In this document: positions 1-9,983 of the stretch, in pieces
Numbering within the stretch: the stretch's first letter is position 1
Layout of the letters: the number at the start of each line of letters is the position of its first letter
NCBI GenBank assembly: GCA_035550735.1
Contig: DASZOM010000026.1
Location: 141,459 to 205,458, forward strand
DNA length: 64,000 bases
Reading direction: 5' to 3'
Source of the DNA: Acidimicrobiia bacterium
GTDB taxonomy: Bacteria; Actinomycetota; Acidimicrobiia; Spongiisociales; ZC4RG35
Notes under the pieces: model-generated
Told to the model about the DNA's origin: nothing
Database searches by the model: none
Seen by the model: only the letters and a program-made list of their open reading frames with translations
Translations under genes and position numbers: made by a program

Positions 1-162
1 TCCGCTCACTGATCGCCGAGCACTACGACCGCACCGCCAGCCCGCTCGCCGAGGAATTGTCGGGCAGGGAAGAGCTGGGCGACTTCTGGGTCGTGGAGCC
101 CACCGGCGACGTCGATCACCCGAGCGAGGTGATCTTGGAAACGGTCGAAGTCGGGGACTGAG
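1..162 (+). CDS. 3' end of an unidentified gene (C-terminal fragment ...EELGDFWVVEPTGDVDHPSEVILETVEVGD*); the upstream part lies outside the window
   Basis: Open frame 3 runs from the window edge to TGA at 160-162 with coding-like codon usage. No family could be assigned. Confidence 0.3.
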
Positions 163-169
163 GACCGAC

Positions 170-1117
170 CTAGCGCTTCTCCAACGCCTCGATGAGCTGG
201 GGGAGAACCTTGTGCACGTCTCCGACGATGCCGAGGTCGGCGACGGAGAAGATCGGAGCGTCCGGGTCCTTGTTGATGGCGATGATGGTGCCGGCGTCTT
301 TCATCCCCACCAGATGCTGCATGGCGCCTGAGATGCCGGCGGCGATGTAGACGTCGGGCTTGACGGTCTTCCCCGTTTGGCCCACCTGCTTGGCATAGGG
401 CACCCAGCCGGCGTCGACGATGGCCCGGGTGGCGCCGGTCGCGGCGCGCAGCGGCTTGGCCAGCTTCTCCACCAGCTCGTACGCCTCGGGTGATCCCAGT
501 CCACGTCCCCCGGACACGACGATCCTGGCGTCGCCGAGCTGTGGGCCCTCCCTCTCCTCGACATGCGACTCCGTCACCCTCGCCTCGGCGGCTCCGACGT
601 CGGGCAGATCGAGAGTCGTCACCTCGGGAGCTGCTCCGCCCACGGGCGCTGCCGGAAAGGACTTGGGGCGGACCAGGACGATGTGGGGCGGGCCGGACAT
701 CGAGGCGGTGGCGATCTGGGCGCCCCCGAAGATCTCGTGCTCGGTCTCCACGCCATCACCGCTCAGCCTGACGTTGGCAGCGTTGGAGAGAACCCCGACA
801 CCGAGTCGGGCGGCGAGACGGCCGGCCAGGTCACGGTCGGTGTACGCCTGGCCGAGGAGGATGAGGTCGGGCTGATCCTTCTCCACCCTCTCGGCCAGCG
901 CCCGGGCGAGCGGGGCTGAGGCCAGTCTCTCAGCGGCGTCGGCATGGAGGACTTTGGCCGCCCCGTGCTCGCCTAGGGTCGCCCATGCCTCGTCGCCACC
1001 AGCGCCGAGATAGACCACGGTGACGTCACCGAGCTCACGGGCCTTGGTGACCAGCTCCAACCCGAGCGCCGACGGAGAGCCGTCGGCCTCCTCGACGAAC
1101 ACCCAGACCCCGGCCAC
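170..1117 (-). CDS. etfA: Electron transfer flavoprotein alpha subunit
   Basis: 315 aa. FAD-binding C-terminal motifs (AIVDAGW...QVGQTGK...[16 protein letters not shown]) are typical of EtfA/FixB. It lies immediately downstream of etfB. Confidence 0.9.
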   Translation of the reverse strand: MAGVWVFVEEADGSPSALGLELVTKARELGDVTVVYLGAGGDEAWATLGEHGAAKVLHADAAERLASAPLARALAERVEKDQPDLILLGQAYTDRDLAGRLAARLGVGVLSNAANVRLSGDGVETEHEIFGGAQIATASMSGPPHIVLVRPKSFPAAPVGGAAPEVTTLDLPDVGAAEARVTESHVEEREGPQLGDARIVVSGGRGLGSPEAYELVEKLAKPLRAATGATRAIVDAGWVPYAKQVGQTGKTVKPDVYIAAGISGAMQHLVGMKDAGTIIAINKDPDAPIFSVADLGIVGDVHKVLPQLIEALEKR

Positions 1118-1876
1118 TCAGATCACCTTCCTTCGCTCGAGCAGAGCGATGACCTCGGTGTACGCCTCGCCGTCGTCCTCGATCTTGCGACCGGCCGAGC
1201 GTTCCGGCGCCTCGGTGATCGATACCACCGTCTGGCCCTCGGATCTCTCCACGTCGAGGTCGGACAGGGCCAGGGTCTCCACCGGCTTCTTCTTGGCGTC
1301 CATGATCCCCTTGAAGGTCGGATAACGAGGCTCGACCACACCCGCCGTCACCGAGACGACCGCGGGCAGGGACGCGGTGACGACGTCATAGCCGGCCGCG
1401 GTCTGCCGATGGATGGTCACCTCACTGCCGTCGGTGTCCACCTGGGTGGCATAGGTGAGCGACGGCGCGTCGAGCAACTCGGCGACCATCTGCGGGATCA
1501 CGCCCGAGTAGCCGTCCGTCGACTCGGTCCCGGTGATCACCAGGTCGAAGCCCTCCCGGGCGATGGTGGAGGCGAGCACCCGGGCCGTCGTCAGTGCGTC
1601 CGAGCCGCGGAGACTGTCGTCCTCGATGATCACGGCCTTGTCCGCCCCCATGGCCAGGGCCTGACGGATTCCCTGGGCGTTGCCCGTAGGGCCCATGCTG
1701 ACCAGGGTAACGGTCCCCTCTTTGGCCTGGGCGAGTTGCAGCCCCATCTCCACCCCGTAGCGGTCGGTGTCGTCGAGGACCTGCTCGGCCGGTCTGACCA
1801 GCCAGTTGGTGCCTTCCTCGAGCCGGTATGGGGTGGCGGGGTCGGGGATCTGCTTGACGCAGACGACGACCTTCAT
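1118..1876 (-). CDS. etfB: Electron transfer flavoprotein beta subunit
   Basis: 252 aa. The N-terminus MKVVVCVKQIPD is the EtfB/FixA signature. It abuts etfA as in an etfBA operon. Confidence 0.9.
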   Translation of the reverse strand: MKVVVCVKQIPDPATPYRLEEGTNWLVRPAEQVLDDTDRYGVEMGLQLAQAKEGTVTLVSMGPTGNAQGIRQALAMGADKAVIIEDDSLRGSDALTTARVLASTIAREGFDLVITGTESTDGYSGVIPQMVAELLDAPSLTYATQVDTDGSEVTIHRQTAAGYDVVTASLPAVVSVTAGVVEPRYPTFKGIMDAKKKPVETLALSDLDVERSEGQTVVSITEAPERSAGRKIEDDGEAYTEVIALLERRKVI

Positions 1877-1939
1877 GCCGGATCTCTCCTCGGGTTGATT
1901 GGCGCCGCGATGCTAACGAGCGGGCCGGCTGGTGAGTAA

Positions 1940-3253
1940 TCACTCAAAATTGGATCGATCGACCCGTTCCAGCACCAGCTCGGGGAGATCGGGCTGGCTC
2001 TGGCCGAGGGTCCATGCGGCGGCCAACCTGTCTCGCAACCCCTCCCACTTCGCCGCGTCGCCGTATCGAACCACGGCGAGGGGGTCGCCGGCTGAGACCC
2101 GGTCACCGAGCTTGGCTCGCAGGCTGACGCCGACACCATGGTCGACGTCGTCCTCCTTGCGCTCCCGCCCGGCTCCGAGCCGGGTGGCGGCGGCGCCGAT
2201 GGCGAGGGCGTCACAACCGATGACGAAGCCGTCCTCACTGGCGCTGATCACGGCCTCCTCGGGGGCCACCTCGAGGAGCGATGTGTCCGCCAGCACCGAC
2301 GGGTCCCCGCCATGGGCGCGGGCCACATCCTTCAGCTTCTCCAGGGCGGCGCCGCTCTCGATCGCCTCCTGCAGACGATCGCGGCCCCCTTCGACGCCGC
2401 CGAGCTCGAGCATCACCTCCCCGAGGGCCAGGGTGAGCTCGGTCACGTCGGCAGGCCCCTTGCCGTTGAGCACATCCACCGACTCCCTGATCTCGTTGGC
2501 GTTGCCCACCTCGTTGCCCAGAGGCTGATCCATCGACGTGATCAGCGCCACCGTCTCGACCCCGTTCCGGATGCCGATCCCGACCATGGTCCGCGCCAGT
2601 TCCCGTGCGCTCTCGACGTCTCTCATGAACGCTCCGGCCCCGCATTTCACGTCGAGTACCAGCCCGTCGAGACCCTCGGCGAGCTTCTTCGACATGATCG
2701 AGCTGGCGATCAGAGGGATCGAGGACACGGTCCCGGTCGAGTCGCGCAGGGCGTAGAGCTTGCGGTCGGCGGGGACCATGGTGTCGGACTGGCCGGCGAG
2801 GACGAGGTGATGCTCGGTGAGGATCCGGCGGAACTGCTCCCGGTCGAGACGAGGGTCGAATCCGGGGATCGCCTCGAGCTTGTCCAGGGTCCCCCCGGTG
2901 TGCCCCAGCCCCCTCCCCGACATCATCGGCACCGCCAGCCCGCAGACGGCGACGGTGGGCGCCAGTGGGATGGAGATCTTGTCCCCCACGCCTCCGGTGG
3001 AGTGTTTGTCCACCTTCGGCAACGGGATCTCGGAGAAGTCGAGGGTCTCGCCGGAGGCCAGCATCGCCGATGTCCAGGCCGCCAGCTCGTCGGCGTCCAT
3101 CCCGTTGAGCACGATCGCCATCGCCATCGCCGACATCTGATAGTCGGGGATCGATCCGTCGGTGTAGCCGGCGATGAGCCACTCGATACCGCCGGCGGGC
3201 AGTGGATCCCCGTTCTTCTTCAGCTCGATCAGCTCCACCGCCGAGTACGTCAT
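1940..3253 (-). CDS. deoA: Thymidine / pyrimidine-nucleoside phosphorylase
   Basis: 437 aa. The HSTGGVGDK phosphate-binding motif and the glycosyltransferase family 3 fold are conserved throughout. Confidence 0.85.
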   Translation of the reverse strand: MTYSAVELIELKKNGDPLPAGGIEWLIAGYTDGSIPDYQMSAMAMAIVLNGMDADELAAWTSAMLASGETLDFSEIPLPKVDKHSTGGVGDKISIPLAPTVAVCGLAVPMMSGRGLGHTGGTLDKLEAIPGFDPRLDREQFRRILTEHHLVLAGQSDTMVPADRKLYALRDSTGTVSSIPLIASSIMSKKLAEGLDGLVLDVKCGAGAFMRDVESARELARTMVGIGIRNGVETVALITSMDQPLGNEVGNANEIRESVDVLNGKGPADVTELTLALGEVMLELGGVEGGRDRLQEAIESGAALEKLKDVARAHGGDPSVLADTSLLEVAPEEAVISASEDGFVIGCDALAIGAAATRLGAGRERKEDDVDHGVGVSLRAKLGDRVSAGDPLAVVRYGDAAKWEGLRDRLAAAWTLGQSQPDLPELVLERVDRSNFE

Positions 3254-3288
3254 GGCCCGAAACGCTAGTTCCGGGGTATAACTGCACC

Positions 3289-3798
3289 GTGGCCGACGAG
3301 ATCCTGTCGGGATTCGACTTCAGCAGACGCGAGGAGCCGAAGCCGGGCGTCGACCTCCGCCTCTCGCTCAGCGGGTGGCTCGAGTACCAACGGCACGAGT
3401 TCACACGCAAATGGCGGGATCTGAGTGTGGAACAGCTTGCCCAATGGTCGATCCCACCGGTGGAGCTCTCGGTGCTCGGCCTGATCCGGCACATGACCCA
3501 GATGGAGCACGTCTACCTCGGCTGGGGTCTGGGCGGGGGAGAGCGCCTCGACCACTACGGAGAGGACGACTATGCGGGGGGCTCGCCTGCCACGGTCGCG
3601 GGCGACATCGAGGCCTACCTCGCCGAGGTGGGGCGCGCCGACCGGGCCATCGCCGCGTTGGCGGAGCTCGACTCACCAGGGCTCGGCCACGGCATGCCGC
3701 TCGGTGCGACGTTGATCAAGATGGTCGACGAGTACTCGCTGCACAGCGGGCAGGCCCACATGCTCAGGTTCGCCGCCCTCGGCGAGATGATCCGCTGA
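3289..3798 (+). CDS. DinB_2 / DUF664-like protein (mycothiol-dependent maleylpyruvate isomerase N-terminal-like, four-helix bundle)
   Basis: The ORF is open from 3202. I place the start at GTG 3289 to avoid a 52-nt overlap with deoA. Composition matches DinB/YfiT-like proteins. Confidence 0.55.
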   Translation: MADEILSGFDFSRREEPKPGVDLRLSLSGWLEYQRHEFTRKWRDLSVEQLAQWSIPPVELSVLGLIRHMTQMEHVYLGWGLGGGERLDHYGEDDYAGGSPATVAGDIEAYLAEVGRADRAIAALAELDSPGLGHGMPLGATLIKMVDEYSLHSGQAHMLRFAALGEMIR

Positions 3799-3841
3799 GC
3801 GTCCATCACGCCCGCTTTCCGGGCTTGGTTAGGGTGCCTTC

Positions 3842-6800
3842 GTGACGATCTACAAGCGATACCCGCACCTTCGCGAGGACCTGGTCACATTCGTCGCCGC
3901 TGACGACCTCTGGCTCGCCCCGATCTCGGGTGGGAGGGCGTGGCGTCTCACCGATGACCGTCAGCCCGCCCGCACCCCTCGATTCTCCCCGGACGGGGAG
4001 CACATCGCCTTCGTCTCCTTTCGCGACGGTCATCCCGAGGCTTATGCCGTTCCGGTCGAAGGTGCCGGGGCCCCGACCCGTCTCACCTGGTGGGGAGCCA
4101 AGAACACGCTGGTCCTTGGTTGGACCTCCGACGGACGGGTCCTCGTCGCCTCTCATGCGGGAGAGACGAATCTGCGTCATCTCGTGGTCAAGGCGGTCGG
4201 CCTCGACGGCTCGGTCGAGCGTCTCGCCTACGGCCCTGCCTGGGGTGTCGCGGTCGGAGAAGAGGGCGCAGTCGCACTGAGCACACCGGGCTCCCGATTC
4301 CCCGCCCATTGGAAGCGCTATCGGGGAGGCACCGCGCCACGACTGTGGCTGGATCGCGCCGGCGACGGGTCTTGGGAGCGCCTCCTGGCCGATGACCCGG
4401 CCTCGCTCGTCGACCCGATGTGGGTCGACGGGCGGCTCGCCTTCGTGTCCGACCGCGCCGCCGTGATCCCCGGCCCGCGGGACCAGGCGTCGGAGCAGGC
4501 CAATGTATGGGTCTTCGACGATGTGCTCGCCGATTCGGAGCAGGAGCCACGGCAGGTGACGCGACAGGGGCCCGAGGTCGGCTACGTCCGTGACGCCACC
4601 ACCGACGGGCATCGTGTCGTCTGGCACAGCCGGGGCCGGCTCTACCTGCTGGAGAGCCTCGACGACGAGCCACACGAGATCGAGTTCACGGTGCCCGGTG
4701 GCGACCCGGAGCCCTTCCGGGCGGTGCCGACCAAGAACCTGGGGCGGATGACACCCGACCATGGTGGTGACGCCAGCCTCGTCGTTTGGAGGGGCAAGGC
4801 GTTCTGGCTCGCCCATCGGGACGGCCCGGCGCGCGCCCTCGTCGCCGACTCCGGGATCCGGGCGCGTGAGCCCGTGGTGCTCGGCCAGACCGGTTATGGC
4901 GCGATCGTCACCGACGCCGACGGTGAGGACTCGGTGGAGATAGCCCACCTCGCCGGGGAGGAGCGGCCGCGACAGATCGCCTCGGGTGAGCTCGGCAGGG
5001 TCCTTCATCTCGCCGGTGATCCCGCCGGCGAGCGAGTGGCGGCGATCTCACACGATGGCGCCATCCGTCTCGTCGACGTCGGGAGCGGGGGGATTCGGGA
5101 GGTGGGCCGATCGCCCGAGGGGGAGGCGCTGTCGCCCTCCTTCTCGCCAGACGGCCGGTACCTGCTCTGGTCACAGCCGAGCACGGTCACCGCCGATCTG
5201 CACCAGCTGATGATCCATGACACGAGGTCCGACGGTCCGCCGGTCCCCATGACATCAGGCACCTTCCACGATCACGACCCGGCTTTCACCAGTGACGGGA
5301 AGCACGTGGTCTTTCTCTCCGAGCGCACCTTCGATCCCGAGTACGACCCCCACGAGTTCGCCCTCTCCTTCGCCGGGAGCACACGGCCATGGCTCATCCC
5401 CCTGTCGGCCACCGAACCGCCGCCGTTCGGCCCGAGCACGGAGGGGTGGAGGATCAGCGCACCGGACAAACAGCCCGACCGGGACGCGGGCAAGTCGGAC
5501 GGTGAGGAGGACGAGCCCGAAACCGTCGTCAGCCCGGATCTCGACCGGGAGGGGGCAGAGGACCGTGCGGTTCCCTTCCCGGTGCGATCGGGCCAGTACC
5601 GCGGGCTGAAGACCTGTCTCACCGGGGTGCTCTGGATCGAGATGAATCGGGAGACGGGCGTCCTCGGGACCCGACGCGCCGGGGTTAGCGGCGAGCCGAA
5701 GCCGGACAGCCTCCAGCTCTGGTCGATGGAAAAGCGGGCAGTGGAGACCGTGGTCGATGCGGTCGGGGACTACTCCGTCTCCGGAGACGGCCGCCGGCTG
5801 GTGGTCAGGCACAAGGAGAACGTCACGGTCACCCCGGCCGACCACAAGGCAAAGGAGGACGAGCCCGGGGTGGTCAAGGTCGATCTGTCCCGGCTGCGAT
5901 TCGACGTCAGCCCGCGCGCTGAGTGGGCACAGATGTTCGACGAGAGCGCCCGGCTCATGCGTGATCACTTCTGGCGGGAAGACATGGACGGCGTCGATTG
6001 GGACGACGTCGTGACGCGGTGGCGGCCGGTGGTCGACACCCTGGCCACCACGGACGACTTCCACGACATGCTCTGGGAGACCGTGGCCGAGTTGAACACG
6101 TCCCACGCCTACGTCATACCGACCGAGCTTCCCGGCGACCAGACACGTCGTCTCGGTCTCCTCGGGGCCGACTTGTCGGCATCGGACGACGGTTGGGTGA
6201 TCGAGCGGATCCTGCCCGGCGAGTCGAGCGATCCCGACGCCCGTTCCCCCTTGCGGGCCGCAGGTGTCGACGCCCGCCCGGGGGACAGCATCGTGGCGGT
6301 CGACGGAGCCCGGTTCGACCCCTCATTCGGACCAGCCACCCGTCTCCTCGGTGCCGCCGGCAAGCCGGTCGAGCTGACCCTGCGCCGGGACGGCGAAGAT
6401 CGCCGGGTCGTGGTGGTCCCGCTGGATGACGAGGAGGTACTTCGTTATCAGGACTGGGTGCGCTCGCGCCGTGTGTATGTCGAGCAGCACTCGTCAGGGC
6501 GTCTCGGCTATCTGCACGTCCCCGACATGGCCAGCACGGGCTGGGCGCAGTTGCATCGCGATCTGCGGCACGCCACACGACGCGAGGGGCTGATCGTGGA
6601 CGTGCGCTACAACCGGGGCGGTCATACCAGCCAGCTGGTGCTCGCCCGCATCTCGAAGCGGCTCGTCGGCTGGGTCACCGGCCGGCACAACCGCGAGGTC
6701 TACAGCTATCCGATCGCAGCCCCGAGGGGCCCGGTCGTCCTCGTGGCCAACGAGTACTCCGGCTCGGACGGCGACATCATCAATGCCGCTTCTCAGGCCG

Positions 6801-7102
6801 TCGGTGTCGGCCCTGTCGTCGGCGTCCGGACCTGGGGTGGTGTCGTCGGCATCGACGGCCGCTTCCATCTGGTGGACGGGACGTCGATCACGCAGCCCCG
6901 CTACGCCTTTTGGCTCGAGGGCAAGGAGTGGGGAGTGGAGAACCACGGCGTCGATCCGGACATCGAGGTGGTCCACAGCCCTGCCGACTTCTTCGGGGAG
7001 AACGATCCCCAGCTCGATCGGGCGATCGAGGAGGCGTTGGCTCGTCTCGAAGAGACGCCGGCGCTGGGCCCTCCGCCGCTTCCGGCGCCGAAGATCACCT
7101 GA
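3842..7102 (+). CDS. Tricorn protease homolog (peptidase S41 with N-terminal beta-propellers and a PDZ domain)
   Basis: 1086 aa with a GTG start. The length and domain order (propeller-like N-terminus, PDZ, C-terminal S41 catalytic region ...YNRGGHTSQ...EYSGSDGD) match tricorn protease homologs known in Streptomyces. Confidence 0.8.
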   Translation: MTIYKRYPHLREDLVTFVAADDLWLAPISGGRAWRLTDDRQPARTPRFSPDGEHIAFVSFRDGHPEAYAVPVEGAGAPTRLTWWGAKNTLVLGWTSDGRVLVASHAGETNLRHLVVKAVGLDGSVERLAYGPAWGVAVGEEGAVALSTPGSRFPAHWKRYRGGTAPRLWLDRAGDGSWERLLADDPASLVDPMWVDGRLAFVSDRAAVIPGPRDQASEQANVWVFDDVLADSEQEPRQVTRQGPEVGYVRDATTDGHRVVWHSRGRLYLLESLDDEPHEIEFTVPGGDPEPFRAVPTKNLGRMTPDHGGDASLVVWRGKAFWLAHRDGPARALVADSGIRAREPVVLGQTGYGAIVTDADGEDSVEIAHLAGEERPRQIASGELGRVLHLAGDPAGERVAAISHDGAIRLVDVGSGGIREVGRSPEGEALSPSFSPDGRYLLWSQPSTVTADLHQLMIHDTRSDGPPVPMTSGTFHDHDPAFTSDGKHVVFLSERTFDPEYDPHEFALSFAGSTRPWLIPLSATEPPPFGPSTEGWRISAPDKQPDRDAGKSDGEEDEPETVVSPDLDREGAEDRAVPFPVRSGQYRGLKTCLTGVLWIEMNRETGVLGTRRAGVSGEPKPDSLQLWSMEKRAVETVVDAVGDYSVSGDGRRLVVRHKENVTVTPADHKAKEDEPGVVKVDLSRLRFDVSPRAEWAQMFDESARLMRDHFWREDMDGVDWDDVVTRWRPVVDTLATTDDFHDMLWETVAELNTSHAYVIPTELPGDQTRRLGLLGADLSASDDGWVIERILPGESSDPDARSPLRAAGVDARPGDSIVAVDGARFDPSFGPATRLLGAAGKPVELTLRRDGEDRRVVVVPLDDEEVLRYQDWVRSRRVYVEQHSSGRLGYLHVPDMASTGWAQLHRDLRHATRREGLIVDVRYNRGGHTSQLVLARISKRLVGWVTGRHNREVYSYPIAAPRGPVVLVANEYSGSDGDIINAASQAVGVGPVVGVRTWGGVVGIDGRFHLVDGTSITQPRYAFWLEGKEWGVENHGVDPDIEVVHSPADFFGENDPQLDRAIEEALARLEETPALGPPPLPAPKIT

Positions 7103-7738
7103 TCAGGCGAGCTCGAAGCGGACCACCAAGGTCACCGCCACCGTGGTGGTGCCGGTCTCGATCGGTGTGCTCTCCGCCATGGCCGCCAGGCGAGCCATCG
7201 GAAACGGGCCCGGGGGGCGGGTGGCGGATTCGACGACGCTCACCACCGGTCCCAGGCTCCGCCCGGCCAGCGTGGCGAGATGCTCGGCTTTCACCTGGGC
7301 GTCCGACCATGCCAGCTCGCGGGCTCGACCGGAGAGGGCGGATTCGTCCTCGACCGAGAAGGTCACGCTGTCGACCGTCGCCGCGTCGCCCGCCGCCTCG
7401 GCGCACCGGTCGATGACCTCACCCACCCGGGAGACGTCGCGAACTCTCACCCGTTGCTGGTTGGTGACCCGAAACCCGATCAGGCGTTGCGTCCCCGCGT
7501 GGTGGTCGTACTCGGGAAAGACCGAGTAGGTCGTCGTGGTCACGTCCTCGCTGGAGACCCCCGATCCTTCCAGCGCAGCGAGGACGGCCTCGGCGCCTTC
7601 CCGGGCCGCGGCAGTCGCCCCGGCCACGCTGTCCCCGAGAACCGACACCCCGAGCACCACCGTGGCCAGATCGGGACGGGCGAACACCTCGCCGCCGCCC
7701 ACGACGGTGATGCCGGATGAGGGCGATTGGTCTGTCAC
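7103..7738 (-). CDS. SIMPL-domain protein (DUF541, 26 kDa periplasmic immunogenic protein family)
   Basis: 211 aa with SIMPL-like composition and length. It overlaps the start of argC by 4 nt. Confidence 0.65.
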   Translation of the reverse strand: MTDQSPSSGITVVGGGEVFARPDLATVVLGVSVLGDSVAGATAAAREGAEAVLAALEGSGVSSEDVTTTTYSVFPEYDHHAGTQRLIGFRVTNQQRVRVRDVSRVGEVIDRCAEAAGDAATVDSVTFSVEDESALSGRARELAWSDAQVKAEHLATLAGRSLGPVVSVVESATRPPGPFPMARLAAMAESTPIETGTTTVAVTLVVRFELA

Positions 7739-8661
7739 GCCAGCCCGGTCGTCTCGGGCAGGCCGACGGCGAGGTTGAGGTTCTGCACCGCCTGCACCGC
7801 AGCACCTTTCAACAGGTTGTCCTCCACGGCCACCACGGTGAGACCGAGGCCGTCATCGCTCACCGTGGCCCCGCCGATCAGGACTCCGAGAAGCCCGGAC
7901 CCGTCACGGAGGGTCGGTATGTCCGGCTGGACATCGACCAGAGCCTCGTCGCGATAGGCGTTGTGCAGGATCTCCAACGGTTCCTCGGCGCCGAGTGGCG
8001 ATCCGAGCGGCATGTGGGCGGTGACCAGCAGCCCTCGGAACGTCGGATGGACGTGTGGCATGAATCTGATCGGACGTCCCAGGTTCCTGGCGGACTCTCG
8101 CTCGTGGTTGTGCCCGGTCAGCCGGTAGGGGATCAGGTTGTCGGCGAGGTTCCCCGGGTCGTTGCGGGGTGATGGCGTGGTGCCGGCTCCCGAATAGCCG
8201 GAGACACCGAACACGGTGGGTGTCCCCTCGATCATCTCCAGGAAGGGGGCGATCGCGAGCTGCAGCGCGGTCGCATAGCACCCCGGGTTGGCGATCCGTC
8301 TCGCCCCGCCGAGCTTGTCCCGGGTGAGCTCGGGCAATCCGTACACCCAGTCGTCGTCGAACCGGTGGTCGGCGGAGATGTCGACGACCACCGTGCCCTG
8401 GGAGAGAGCCGCCACCCAGGGGGCGCCCGCCCCGTCGGGAAGGGCGAGGAAGACCGCATCGAGGTCGCGCCCGGCGAGATCTTCCGGAGCGGGCGACTCG
8501 AAGACGAGACCTGCCAGACCGGGCACGGGCTTGCCGGCGAGCTCGCGCGATGCGGCGAGGGCCACCTCGACCTGGGGATGCCGGTCGAGGATGGCCAGCA
8601 GCTCGGCACCGGTGTGGCCGCGGGCCCCGATCACCCCGACCCGAAGCTGCTCAGAGGCCAC
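7735..8661 (-). CDS. argC: N-acetyl-gamma-glutamyl-phosphate reductase (short type)
   Basis: 308 aa with a GTG start. The Rossmann N-terminus VGVIGARGHTG and the catalytic Cys region NPGCYAT are present. Confidence 0.85.
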   Translation of the reverse strand: MASEQLRVGVIGARGHTGAELLAILDRHPQVEVALAASRELAGKPVPGLAGLVFESPAPEDLAGRDLDAVFLALPDGAGAPWVAALSQGTVVVDISADHRFDDDWVYGLPELTRDKLGGARRIANPGCYATALQLAIAPFLEMIEGTPTVFGVSGYSGAGTTPSPRNDPGNLADNLIPYRLTGHNHERESARNLGRPIRFMPHVHPTFRGLLVTAHMPLGSPLGAEEPLEILHNAYRDEALVDVQPDIPTLRDGSGLLGVLIGGATVSDDGLGLTVVAVEDNLLKGAAVQAVQNLNLAVGLPETTGLA

Positions 8662-9982
8662 TGGAGTCCCTCAAGAAATCCGCCGGCATCTCGGAGAGCC
8701 GTTTCACCGCCCTGCCGATCACCTCGAAGTCGTCGATTCCCCTCCAGAAGATCGCCCAGTGATTGACGGTGACGGTGCCGTCGGCCTCCTTCTCGTAGAA
8801 GGCGTTTATCTGGTTGTCGGTCCGTGAGCGCCAGACGATCTGCGGGTGGTCCTTCACCATGTGGTCCCACACGGTCCTGGCCAGGCCCTCGCCGCGGGCC
8901 GACTCCTCGATGGCGAACTTGTCGAGGTACACGAACTCGTCGAGTCGAACCACCACCGCCGCAGCCCGGTAGGTCTCGGAGACATACGCGGTGAGCAGGT
9001 CGATCTGGTCCCACCAGCCGGGGATGAGGTCCCGGTGGAAGGCATCCTCGATGAGGGAGGCGAGACGGGCGCGGTCTACCTGGGTCTTGTCGGTGAGACG
9101 CTGGATCGCCTCTCCCATTCGAATCAGGGTCCCGTCGCCGCTGTGGGTGAACAGCTCGCGGGCCAGGGCCGAAGGTGTCGTGACCGAGATCGAGGTGGTG
9201 AGGGGGGCGGTGTCCAGGAGCCGCTTGATCTCCAGCATCTTCAACCTCATCCCGGAGTGGACCCACGGCTGGGCCATCAGCTCGTCGTAGTCAGTCGCCA
9301 GGTTGATCGAGTCGATCACCCGGCCGTCCCCGTCGAGCAGGCCGCCGGTGTCGGAGAGGAAGATGATCTTCATCGGCTTGATCTCCTGGACGAGCAGCCG
9401 GGTGGCCGAGTCGGCGTTGATGTTCACGAGTTGGCCCCCCGGGGCGACTCCAAGGCAGGTGAGGATGGGGATGGCCCCCGACCGGACGATGGAGCGGAGC
9501 AGGTCCAGATGGACCGAGGTGGGCTCACCCACCAGCCCGTAGCGATCCCGGTCGACATAGTCGGCGTCGAAGACTCCCTGGGTGAGACCGTGGGCTTCAA
9601 CCCCCTGGCCCCTCACCGCCTCGACCAGGCGGATGTTCTCTGTCGTGAACACGTCGCGGGCGGCGTCGAGGACCTCGGGTGTCGTGTAACGGAGCCCGTC
9701 GATCTTCTCCGTGGTGATCCCGTCCGACTGGAGACGCTCGTCGAGCTGAGGGCCACCGCCGTGGATCACGATCGGGGTGAGACCGACCGTGTGGAGCAGG
9801 GCCAGCGACGCCGCCGTCTCTTCGAGCCGTCGTTGCAGGACGGCGCCTCCGACTTTGATCACGGCGAACCGGGTCTGCTCCACGGCCGAGAATCGGCGCA
9901 GGTAGTCCCGGATCTCCTTGCCACTGCTGACGTTGGAGAGCAGTTGGACGATGGTTTGTCGAATGTCCCGGTTCGGAGCCAT
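8651..9982 (-). CDS. argA/B: Bifunctional N-acetylglutamate synthase/kinase (amino-acid kinase domain plus C-terminal N-acetyltransferase domain)
   Basis: 443 aa. The N-terminal AAK domain (FAVIKVGGAVL) is fused to a C-terminal NAT-like domain, the same architecture and size as Xanthomonas/Maricaulis ArgA/B. It overlaps argC by 11 nt. Confidence 0.8.
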   Translation of the reverse strand: MAPNRDIRQTIVQLLSNVSSGKEIRDYLRRFSAVEQTRFAVIKVGGAVLQRRLEETAASLALLHTVGLTPIVIHGGGPQLDERLQSDGITTEKIDGLRYTTPEVLDAARDVFTTENIRLVEAVRGQGVEAHGLTQGVFDADYVDRDRYGLVGEPTSVHLDLLRSIVRSGAIPILTCLGVAPGGQLVNINADSATRLLVQEIKPMKIIFLSDTGGLLDGDGRVIDSINLATDYDELMAQPWVHSGMRLKMLEIKRLLDTAPLTTSISVTTPSALARELFTHSGDGTLIRMGEAIQRLTDKTQVDRARLASLIEDAFHRDLIPGWWDQIDLLTAYVSETYRAAAVVVRLDEFVYLDKFAIEESARGEGLARTVWDHMVKDHPQIVWRSRTDNQINAFYEKEADGTVTVNHWAIFWRGIDDFEVIGRAVKRLSEMPADFLRDSSGL

Positions 9983-9983
9983 C

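Noticed and set aside
3806-5008. 400-aa minus-strand ORF and neighbouring 5255-6106 ORF
   Set aside because: They are antisense to the tricorn protease gene. They have no recognisable motifs and arginine/glycine-rich composition.
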